The position numbers and the translations under genes were made by a program. DNA of 64,000 nt from Acetatifactor sp. (GTDB taxonomy: Bacteria > Bacillota > Clostridia > Lachnospirales > Lachnospiraceae): NCBI GenBank assembly GCA_045615205.1, contig JAZLEI010000021.1, positions 13,511-77,510 on the forward strand, given 5' to 3'. Shown one piece after another: positions 39,534 to 46,109 of the stretch (positions are counted from its first letter, which is position 1; each line of letters starts with the position of its first letter). Under the pieces are notes generated by a model, which was not told the DNA's origin, ran no database searches, and worked only from the letters and a program-made list of their open reading frames with translations.

Positions 39534-39545
39534 GGAGGTAAAAGG

Positions 39546-40292
39546 GTGATGATGTTACTGAAAATTATACTGCCGGGAGGCTTGCGTGGGAAACTGCAAA
39601 TCAGAGAGCGTTATTTCGATATCCGCAAGCAGGGAGATATTTTTTACATAGGCGGAACAGAGGTGCTTCCGCCGCCGCTTACAGGTGAACAGGAAAATCA
39701 GGTGTTGTTGAAACTGGGAACAGACCAGGAGGAAGAAGCCAAGGCTGTATTGATAGAGCATAATCTGCGATTGGTAGTGTATATTGCCAAAAAATTTGAT
39801 AATACAGGAGTGGGAATGGAGGACTTGATTTCCATTGGAACCATCGGCCTCATAAAAGCAATTAATACGTTTAATCCGGAGAAAAATATCAAGCTGGCAA
39901 CTTATGCTTCCCGTTGTATAGAGAATGAAATATTGATGTTCTTACGTCGAAACAGCAAGACCAGAATGGAGGTATCCATTGATGAACCCTTGAATGTGGA
40001 TTGGGATGGGAATGAGCTGCTTTTATCAGATATTTTGGGAACAGATGAGGATATTATTTATCGGGGCATTGAGGATGAGGTAGAACGCAGACTTTTGTTA
40101 AAGGCTGTGAATAAATTGTCGGAAAGAGAAAAGACTATTATACGGCTACGGTTTGGTCTGGGAACACCTGGTGGTACAGAGATGACCCAGAAAGAGGTGG
40201 CTACCCTATTGGGAATATCCCAGTCCTATATTTCCCGTTTGGAGAAAAAAATCATGAAACAATTGAAACGGGAGATGAGCAATGTGGTTTAA
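39546..40292 (+). CDS. sigE: Sporulation sigma factor E (pro-sigma-E)
   Basis: N-terminal pro-sequence, region 2 ([12 protein letters not shown]) and region 4 HTH ([22 protein letters not shown]). Confidence 0.9.
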   Translation: MMMLLKIILPGGLRGKLQIRERYFDIRKQGDIFYIGGTEVLPPPLTGEQENQVLLKLGTDQEEEAKAVLIEHNLRLVVYIAKKFDNTGVGMEDLISIGTIGLIKAINTFNPEKNIKLATYASRCIENEILMFLRRNSKTRMEVSIDEPLNVDWDGNELLLSDILGTDEDIIYRGIEDEVERRLLLKAVNKLSEREKTIIRLRFGLGTPGGTEMTQKEVATLLGISQSYISRLEKKIMKQLKREMSNVV

Positions 40293-40372
40293 TTCTTTCC
40301 TGACTTGCTCTTTTTCGGGAAATAGGGTATAGTATATACTATGTAATTCAGGAACAGAAAAGAGGAAGAATA

Positions 40373-40681
40373 GTGATTGTACGGGAAGATATATTATCTA
40401 TGGAATATTTGAAAAAGACAGAATATACCGGCTGTCATCAGGGAATGCGTTATCGCTTAGAGGGTGTTGCAACAGAAGAAGGAAAACAGTTGAAGGTCAC
40501 GGTATGGCCGGAGCCATTTAACTTTTTTACTACTCCTGAGGAGCAGAAGCAAAGTGCACTGTTTGGGTTTGATGAGGATGGCGTGGTGGATGCCATAGCC
40601 TGGATGAATAATCGATTGTTCGAAGACAAGGATAAATGGGAGCGTGCCGGGGAGAACTGGTCAAGCTATTCAGGAAGGTAA
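40373..40681 (+). CDS. Hypothetical protein (about 100 aa)
   Basis: ORF with coding-like composition. No motif recognised. Start uncertain (GTG 40373 or internal ATG). Confidence 0.45.
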   Translation: MIVREDILSMEYLKKTEYTGCHQGMRYRLEGVATEEGKQLKVTVWPEPFNFFTTPEEQKQSALFGFDEDGVVDAIAWMNNRLFEDKDKWERAGENWSSYSGR

Positions 40682-40684
40682 GAG

Positions 40685-41218
40685 ATGGGTAAGTACTTGG
40701 TGCAGGATTTGCTGGAAACCGTTCGCTTTGTTCCTTGGGGAATATTGGTTGCTTTTGGCGTATGGATTGTAGTACAGTTGATAAATGGATATCGAAGGAA
40801 GCAGGGAAAAGTACCCTGTAGAGTGGTGCCTGTAGTATGCTTTTTCTCATACTTAGGATTGTTGTTGATTATTACCTATTGGTCCAGGGAGCGTGGGGAG
40901 GTGTCCATAATCGATTGGCAGATAGGATCCACTCTTCGTATTAATAACAGAAACAATGCCCTTTGGATAGAAAATATTTTGTTGTTTGTACCCTATGGGT
41001 TTGGTTTCGCATGGTGTCGAAAGAAAAGGGAAGTATTTCTACAAGGGGTGTGTTTGGGGTTCTTTACCAGCTTGTGTATCGAGATACTGCAGTTGGTGAC
41101 CGGAAGAGGAGTATTTCAGATTGATGATATTATCACTAATACAGTTGGATGTATATTGGGTATACTTACGTTTCAGATACTGGCCAAGCTGCTTTCTAAA
41201 GTAGCTGAAAAGAAATAA
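40685..41218 (+). CDS. VanZ-like membrane protein
   Basis: Four to five TM helices with VanZ-type pattern (NILLFVPYGF, IEILQLVTGRGVFQIDDIITNT). Confidence 0.7.
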   Translation: MGKYLVQDLLETVRFVPWGILVAFGVWIVVQLINGYRRKQGKVPCRVVPVVCFFSYLGLLLIITYWSRERGEVSIIDWQIGSTLRINNRNNALWIENILLFVPYGFGFAWCRKKREVFLQGVCLGFFTSLCIEILQLVTGRGVFQIDDIITNTVGCILGILTFQILAKLLSKVAEKK

Positions 41219-41257
41219 ATGATACAATATGTACGCTGTTTTATAGTTAAATGAAAA

Positions 41258-41301
41258 CAAAAAGTTATGGTATAACTGATGCGGTATACCATAACTTTTT
41301 T
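41258..41301. terminator. Bidirectional terminator between the VanZ-like gene (+) and the RHH gene (-)
   Basis: About 15-bp stem AAAAGTTATGGTATA / TATACCATAACTTTT, flanked by A-run and T-run. Confidence 0.8.
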
Positions 41302-41315
41302 GTTTAAATTCTCAA

Positions 41316-41334
41316 AATCCGACAAATCGAAAAA
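41316..41334 (+). repeat. 19-nt motif AATCCGACnnATCGAAAAA, copy A
   Basis: 17 of 19 positions identical to copy B at 44121-44139, in the same orientation. Confidence 0.6.
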
Positions 41335-41347
41335 AATAATAATAAAA

Positions 41348-41530
41348 TTAGGTTATTATAGAGTCATCATTATCCTTTTGCCGTTGTTTTAGGGTTTCTA
41401 AGCCTAAACGAATCAAATCTAAGGTTGCCTGAGAACGGCTGTTGTATCGCATGTTAAAACGATAGTCATCAATTTCTTTTAATGTGTCTTCATCAACTGT
41501 AATACAGTAACGTGGTTTTGTTGTTGGCAT
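41348..41530 (-). CDS. Ribbon-helix-helix (CopG/Arc-like) protein, 60 aa
   Basis: Translation is MPTTKPRYCITVDEDTLKEIDDYRF...ATLDLIRLGLETL, a beta-strand/helix/helix pattern. GAGGTG lies 6 nt upstream of ATG 41530. The 128-aa track ORF is an upstream extension. Confidence 0.6.
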   Translation of the reverse strand: MPTTKPRYCITVDEDTLKEIDDYRFNMRYNSRSQATLDLIRLGLETLKQRQKDNDDSIIT

Positions 41531-41549
41531 ATTTTTCACCTCATTGTTT

Positions 41550-41578
41550 ATTATAACGTAGGTCGGCATGACTGTAAA
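41550..41578 (-). promoter_or_regulatory. Candidate sigmaA promoter for the minus-strand RHH gene
   Basis: On the minus strand: TTTACA (rc of 41573-41578) - 17 nt - TATAAT (rc of 41550-41555). Confidence 0.55.
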
Positions 41579-41597
41579 CAAAAAAATGAAAAACAAG

Positions 41598-41626
41598 TTG
41601 ACAAAGGTAATTGCTAAGAATATAAT
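41598..41626 (+). promoter_or_regulatory. Consensus sigmaA promoter for the small-protein operon
   Basis: Perfect TTGACA (41598-41603) - 17 nt - perfect TATAAT (41621-41626). Confidence 0.7.
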
Positions 41627-41635
41627 AAGCATAGA

Positions 41636-41652
41636 GTTCATCAGTGATGAAC
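41636..41652. promoter_or_regulatory. Perfect palindrome GTTCATCAgTGATGAAC (candidate operator)
   Basis: 8+1+8 perfect inverted repeat starting 10 nt downstream of the consensus -10. Confidence 0.55.
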
Positions 41653-41741
41653 CATTCAAAAAACAGTAATTGAATTTTATAAGATACAGGGGAAATGTGT
41701 AAGGGTGTGACATACTTCGGAAGAAAGGAGCCATAGATACG

Positions 41742-41903
41742 ATGAAAAAGATAATGGTGTCTTTGCCATTTGAATTGGAATGCGAGCTTGAAAAATTGAA
41801 AAGGGAACATTTCCATGATAAATCCTATGAAGAAATGTACAAAAGTATTATTCTGTTGGGGTTGGAAAAGTCTAAAGACACTATTGTACCAAGTGAACCA
41901 TAA
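41742..41903 (+). CDS. Small RHH-like protein, 53 aa (not in ORF track)
   Basis: Translation is MKKIMVSLPFELECELEKLKREHFHDKSYEEMYKSIILLGLEKSKDTIVPSEP. GAAAGGAG lies upstream. The C-terminal helix (ILLGLEK) resembles that of the divergent RHH (LIRLGLET). Confidence 0.5.
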   Translation: MKKIMVSLPFELECELEKLKREHFHDKSYEEMYKSIILLGLEKSKDTIVPSEP

Positions 41904-41933
41904 ATGTAATGAAAATACAAAGGAGGAAAAACA

Positions 41934-42215
41934 ATGTGCCCATACTTCTATAGTGCATACACAGGAAAAAAGCATGAGACACCACTACCATTGTGCAGGG
42001 CGAATAACATGGATACAATTACGGATTATAATGTGGAAAATGTATGCAAAAACAATTGTATGAGTTGTTATATATACCGACGGGAAAGTGGAGGTAAGCC
42101 ACCGGAGAGGATACCGCAATACAACAATAATGCTAAGTCTTCCGGAGGTTGTGGAACAGTGTTTGTAGTTTTGGGTATTATTGTCATTGTGACTAAGTGT
42201 CTTGGTCTATGGTAA
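41934..42215 (+). CDS. Cys-rich small protein with C-terminal TM helix, 93 aa
   Basis: AAAGGAGG lies 8 nt upstream. Seven Cys, including CKNNCMSC (CX3CX2C). Hydrophobic tail GCGTVFVVLGIIVIVTKCLGLW. Confidence 0.55.
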   Translation: MCPYFYSAYTGKKHETPLPLCRANNMDTITDYNVENVCKNNCMSCYIYRRESGGKPPERIPQYNNNAKSSGGCGTVFVVLGIIVIVTKCLGLW

Positions 42216-42279
42216 TGATGGCATTAATATAAAGGTGTAATGGAAATATCATAATATAAAAACAAAGGAGGAAATAATT

Positions 42280-42456
42280 ATGGCAACATCATGCCCAAAT
42301 TTAAGAGTAAAAACAGGAATTATGGTGACTTATAAGGATATCCATTGTGCCTGTACACAAAACAAAATTACGGGACAGTATATGCAAGCTACTTGCAAAG
42401 GTGATTACAAGCAGTGTAGTGCTTATAAAAAATATGGTATTGTAAATGGAAAATAG
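42280..42456 (+). CDS. Cys-rich small soluble protein, 58 aa (not in ORF track), paralogous to the N-domain of the 93-aa protein
   Basis: AAAGGAGG lies 8 nt upstream. Translation is MATSCPNLRVKTGIMVTYKDIHCACTQNKITGQYMQATCKGDYKQCSAYKKYGIVNGK. It shares the CP..TG..C..IT..Y..CK..C..Y spacing with the preceding ORF. Confidence 0.5.
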   Translation: MATSCPNLRVKTGIMVTYKDIHCACTQNKITGQYMQATCKGDYKQCSAYKKYGIVNGK

Positions 42457-42474
42457 TAGTAGAGAGGTACAATT

Positions 42475-42684
42475 ATGGCAGGAAAACCAAAGCATCAGGA
42501 TTTAATGAATGCAATAGATCGTATGGTTTCTAATGAACAGCCGTATCAAAAATCTGCACCTTCATATTCACAGCAGCCTTCATATCCTCAGAATTCTTCG
42601 CAGCGAAAAGGTGGTTTCTTTTCGGCAATAATCGGGGCTATACTGATGCTTGTATTTGCTTGGGCTGTTTTAAATTATACTTAA
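42475..42684 (+). CDS. Small protein with Q/S/P-rich linker and C-terminal TM helix, 69 aa
   Basis: AGAGAGG lies upstream. C-terminal FFSAIIGAILMLVFAWAVL. Last gene before the terminator. Confidence 0.5.
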   Translation: MAGKPKHQDLMNAIDRMVSNEQPYQKSAPSYSQQPSYPQNSSQRKGGFFSAIIGAILMLVFAWAVLNYT

Positions 42685-42700
42685 TTAGATAGTAGGACAG

Positions 42701-42739
42701 AAAAGTTATTGTAGTGACTAGGCTGCAATAACTTTTTTT
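42701..42739 (+). terminator. Intrinsic terminator after the small-protein operon
   Basis: Stem AAAAGTTATTGTAG / CTGCAATAACTTTT (one G-U pair) followed by a T-run. Confidence 0.8.
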
Positions 42740-42753
42740 ATAGTAGAGGTTTA

Positions 42754-44067
42754 ATGACTATGGGAATTCGTTCCTATATAATAAGATTAAAAATAATGAT
42801 TGCCGGTGGGATTGTTATGGGAGATGAGGTATTAGTGACAGAGACATTGAAAGCAAAACAGGGTATTTTGAATGAATTCCTAAGCGTGTTTGATAAGTTT
42901 GGAGCAGAGAAAAAGCATAAAGCAGACAGTACCTATGGATTCCTGTCAGATAACCTGTTGGTGCATAGTATAGTGGTATCACCTAATTTAAAAAGTGGCT
43001 TGTCGAGCTTGAAGACTTTTTTCGCTACGGAAGCAATGGAAATATACAAAGGTAAGCAATCGTCCAAGATATCCTATAAAAATATTCAGGAGCATTTGGA
43101 AGGCAGCAACAATAAAAAATATAGATTTTCCTATGAGGTATTAGAGAAAATCATGCAGAAAGAAATCAATAAAGATGCTTTTCTAAATGAAGCACGAATC
43201 ATGCGAAGTAACACGGACATGTGTGAAATGATAAAAGAGTATGATGATTGGCTGCCTTATATATTGTTGGATCAGCTTCGCAAAACTGCATGGGAAATGT
43301 TGGATAAATATAATCAGATTTGTATAGAGGCTGAGGAGGATACGGAAAATAGAAAAAAGCTGTTGTATTATCAATTTACGCAGGCAGTGGCCATGTTTGA
43401 AATGTTTATGATAGAGTACGTGAAGAAACCGCTTAGAAAATGTATCCAAAAGGAACTGGTGTTGATAGAGAAAATCAAGGAAACAGCGGAGAAGCTTAAG
43501 ATTTGGGAGGAGAGTATACAGGAAAAGGTTGTTAGGATTTCCGGGCAGATGGAAGACAAGTATCATATGGGAAGTGAGATACAACATGACGTAATGACGT
43601 TGGTGGCAGAATATAATCTATTTGTTTCAGAAAACATAGAGGAGTTGACAGGAAACACTAATAAGATTAGCATACTGCATTTAGTAGAGGCAGAATTTGG
43701 GGTAGAGCTATGTGCCATGCTTCATTTGCTGTTAGTATTGGAAGCAGTAAATGTATATGAAGAAAATATGGATTCGCCGCAGATAGGGGCGAATATGGAT
43801 TGTGCATTTATGGGAGATTATGATAAATTTTTTGTATCCTTTGGGCGTACGAATGAGAATAAGAGAGCAGATTATCGAAGAGTGAATACCTATTTAGATA
43901 ACCTTTTATCAGAATATGCAGGCAAACCATATGATGTTAAAAAAACGGTAATTGCTTTTTTACAAGAATTAAGTACAGTAAGGACGAGTGGTGAAACGGA
44001 GCAATTTTATGGATTTTTGTGTGCGTTAGCATATCCGGTATATCGAAAGCTTGGAGGAGAAATATGA
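42754..44067 (+). CDS. Hypothetical protein, up to 437 aa, predicted mostly helical, no recognised motif
   Basis: Long ORF with coding-like composition. The likely start is internal: ATG 42817 (MGDEVL) lies 8 nt after GGTGGG, and a TATAAT at 42777-42782 falls inside the first codons of the track ORF. Confidence 0.6.
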   Translation: MTMGIRSYIIRLKIMIAGGIVMGDEVLVTETLKAKQGILNEFLSVFDKFGAEKKHKADSTYGFLSDNLLVHSIVVSPNLKSGLSSLKTFFATEAMEIYKGKQSSKISYKNIQEHLEGSNNKKYRFSYEVLEKIMQKEINKDAFLNEARIMRSNTDMCEMIKEYDDWLPYILLDQLRKTAWEMLDKYNQICIEAEEDTENRKKLLYYQFTQAVAMFEMFMIEYVKKPLRKCIQKELVLIEKIKETAEKLKIWEESIQEKVVRISGQMEDKYHMGSEIQHDVMTLVAEYNLFVSENIEELTGNTNKISILHLVEAEFGVELCAMLHLLLVLEAVNVYEENMDSPQIGANMDCAFMGDYDKFFVSFGRTNENKRADYRRVNTYLDNLLSEYAGKPYDVKKTVIAFLQELSTVRTSGETEQFYGFLCALAYPVYRKLGGEI

Positions 44068-44114
44068 AAATAGTTCCAGCCCGGAAGGAAGAATGTGAAG
44101 ATTTTTAGAAGTTT

Positions 44115-44123
44115 TGATATAAT
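44115..44123 (+). promoter_or_regulatory. Extended -10 element TGaTATAAT
   Basis: TGnTATAAT match. Motif copy B begins inside it, and a strong terminator lies about 40 nt downstream. Confidence 0.35.
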
Positions 44124-44139
44124 CCGACCGATCGAAAAA
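44121..44139 (+). repeat. 19-nt motif AATCCGACnnATCGAAAAA, copy B
   Basis: 17 of 19 positions identical to copy A at 41316-41334. Confidence 0.6.
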
Positions 44140-44160
44140 TATTGATAAATGCAATGTGTT

Positions 44161-44207
44161 ATCGTAGAAACGCAAGGGAAACCGATGTGCTTCTACGATT
44201 TTTTTTT
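44161..44207 (+). terminator. Intrinsic terminator between the 437-aa and 529-aa genes
   Basis: Stem ATCGTAGAAaC / GcTTCTACGAT with a 17-nt loop, followed by 8 T. Confidence 0.75.
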
Positions 44208-44299
44208 GAGGAAAACATGTTTGGTGTCACAATCTATCGTTGGAATAAGAGTTATGGGGAAAGTGAGACGAATAAAATAAGTATGAGGAGGAAGTGTAA

Positions 44300-45889
44300 A
44301 TGTTAAAAGAGTGGTTCTTGGTAAGCAAACATGATGTACTAGGGGAGAAAAGGTATGCTCTGGCAGGGCTGATATATGGGAGCAGTGTTCTGGAGGATGG
44401 TGAATTTATTTCTACGCCTACGATTCAGAAGGCGATTGAGGACAAGGAGAAGGAGTGTATAGTGTTTTTGTCCGGAAATAGTCAATATATCTGCTATTGG
44501 AAAGATTGTGCATTTGAAAAAGGTGATACCGCAAGGTATCTGGAAGCTTTTTATGATTATAGGGAAAAGTATGTAGATCGTAAGCTATGGCAGTTACAGG
44601 ATAATAGTATATTGATACTGTTAAGCGGGGACTCTCCGAATTATTTTAAGCATGCCTTTTATAAAAGGCATGATGAATTGAGAAGAATAGAGGCGATGGA
44701 TGATATTAAGAGAGGCTATAAAATAATTTCCCCAGCACAGACCGAGGAGGAGAAAGAGGTAGTCATTGACCTTCGCTATTGTATTAGGGGGGAAAATGAA
44801 TTAAAGATGTTTTATGCTGATATACCGGAGGATATGGAGCTTTATGTGGAAAATCAGGGGAATGCACCATTGCATGTTGTCTGCGGTTTAGAAAGCTATA
44901 CGATAGAGGAAAAGGAGCGTGTTGCTATTTGTGTCAGAGATACTGCAGATTATATGGAATTTCTAAAAGATTGCGTGAATAGTACACAATTGCCAAGAAA
45001 GAAGGAACTCTTCAGTAAGGAAAAGGTATTTCAGGAAATGATGGAAGATGCACATAATGGTGTGAAAAAGAAGTACATGATTATTTTAGAAGGGGATGAT
45101 ATGAAAGAACTGCATTCGAAGGATGACAAAATAGTGGTATGTGCTTCCGGAGGGATTGCTTGCGCATTGTTGCTGGGAGAATATACATTGGCAAAGAAAC
45201 TGGCAGAGGCGGGGAGTGAGGTGCGTGTAGAGGAAACTATCAAGATAGTAATATATGATGATAAAAAAGGAAATATACAATACTCCTTGAATACACAATT
45301 GATGGAGTGTTTGGCAGATGATAAAGAGATGCCGGATGATGTATATGAAATTCTTTGGGGAAAAGCAAAAACTACGAATGCTCAGATGTTTAAAGGGATG
45401 TTGACATTAAAAATACGGTCTATGGTAGGCTGTAATAGCGAAATCATGTTATATAATGTCAAGCGTCTGCAAAAGGAATGGGAAGAAGCAGCTGATGAAT
45501 TGTTAAGGGCATGGATGAAATATTATTTTAATACTTATGCTGCAAACGAATATAGAATATGGGCAAAGGTATTTGAGGCCTTTCCGGATAAGCATCAACT
45601 TATCTTAGAGGAACTGCTGGCAAAGTATTTTAGTGTGAAGGGGATATATGGTATGGTATATCCTTCGGATGAGGGGCGTGTAAGGTTTTGTGCTTATTGG
45701 AAATTGTTTCAACACATTCTCGGTGAAGTGGCAAGGAAAAAATATGCTGTGTTCATGATACACTTCATGCTGAAAAGAGTATTCAGTATATCTGAAGAGA
45801 TGGAATGGTTTTGGGTACTGGTTCTGGCAGATATCAAGGATTTTGAAGATGAGGAAGTAGAGAAAAGAAATGAATGCGTACAGATGTAG
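44300..45889 (+). CDS. Hypothetical protein, 529 aa, no recognised motif
   Basis: GAGGAGG lies 8 nt upstream of ATG 44300. Long ORF with coding-like composition. Ends at TAG 45887-45889. Confidence 0.65.
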   Translation: MLKEWFLVSKHDVLGEKRYALAGLIYGSSVLEDGEFISTPTIQKAIEDKEKECIVFLSGNSQYICYWKDCAFEKGDTARYLEAFYDYREKYVDRKLWQLQDNSILILLSGDSPNYFKHAFYKRHDELRRIEAMDDIKRGYKIISPAQTEEEKEVVIDLRYCIRGENELKMFYADIPEDMELYVENQGNAPLHVVCGLESYTIEEKERVAICVRDTADYMEFLKDCVNSTQLPRKKELFSKEKVFQEMMEDAHNGVKKKYMIILEGDDMKELHSKDDKIVVCASGGIACALLLGEYTLAKKLAEAGSEVRVEETIKIVIYDDKKGNIQYSLNTQLMECLADDKEMPDDVYEILWGKAKTTNAQMFKGMLTLKIRSMVGCNSEIMLYNVKRLQKEWEEAADELLRAWMKYYFNTYAANEYRIWAKVFEAFPDKHQLILEELLAKYFSVKGIYGMVYPSDEGRVRFCAYWKLFQHILGEVARKKYAVFMIHFMLKRVFSISEEMEWFWVLVLADIKDFEDEEVEKRNECVQM

Positions 45890-46078
45890 CTGGATAAAAA
45901 GGTATTACGTCTGGGAAACTGGCTGAGAATATCATATACAGGATTTATCCCGGTACAATATTTGGATTATTATTTGCAGAAGCTGGAAGCGGAGAAGGAA
46001 CAGGATATCATTCCGGTATTTCGGGCGTTGAAGTATGGTATTTTGGCAGAAAGGGACAGAGCTATTGAAGAGACATAA
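45890..46078 (+). other. 62-codon open extension in frame with the 529-aa ORF after its TAG stop
   Basis: The same frame continues LDKKVLRLGNWLRISYTGFIPVQYLDYYLQKLEAEKEQDIIPVFRALKYGILAERDRAIEET to TAA 46076-46078. There is no convincing independent RBS or start. Confidence 0.35.
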
Positions 46079-46091
46079 CACTCTTCAATAG
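46062..46091. terminator. Hairpin between the convergent 529-aa(+extension) gene and sigG
   Basis: 11-bp perfect stem CTATTGAAGAG / CTCTTCAATAG with an 8-nt loop. Overlaps the TAA of the extension and lies 19 nt beyond the sigG stop. Confidence 0.6.
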
Positions 46092-46109
46092 CTCCGTCTT
46101 TATGTTGGG

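Noticed and set aside
41531-41975. Minus-strand ORFs 41348..41734 (upstream part) and 41541..41975
   Set aside because: They run through the divergent promoter region and antisense to well-supported + strand small genes. Only the last 60 codons (41348-41530) have an RBS and an RHH-like sequence.
44064-44108. 14-codon ORF (MKIVPARKEECEDF) overlapping the stop of the 437-aa gene
   Set aside because: It is too short, has no RBS beyond possible translational coupling, and cannot be evaluated from sequence alone.
45887-45889. TAG recoded as pyrrolysine or a reassigned stop codon
   Set aside because: Several clearly complete genes in this window end with TAG (the kinase at 2758-2760, SCIFF at 4913-4915, rlmN, nrdR). 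No pyl genes are visible. A nonsense mutation or occasional read-through is more parsimonious.
41219-46109. Calling the island a prophage remnant, ICE, transposon or toxin-antitoxin locus
   Set aside because: There is no integrase, recombinase, transposase, relaxase, terminal inverted repeat or recognisable toxin fold. The only candidate boundary repeat (a 19-nt motif) is of borderline significance and does not span the whole island.
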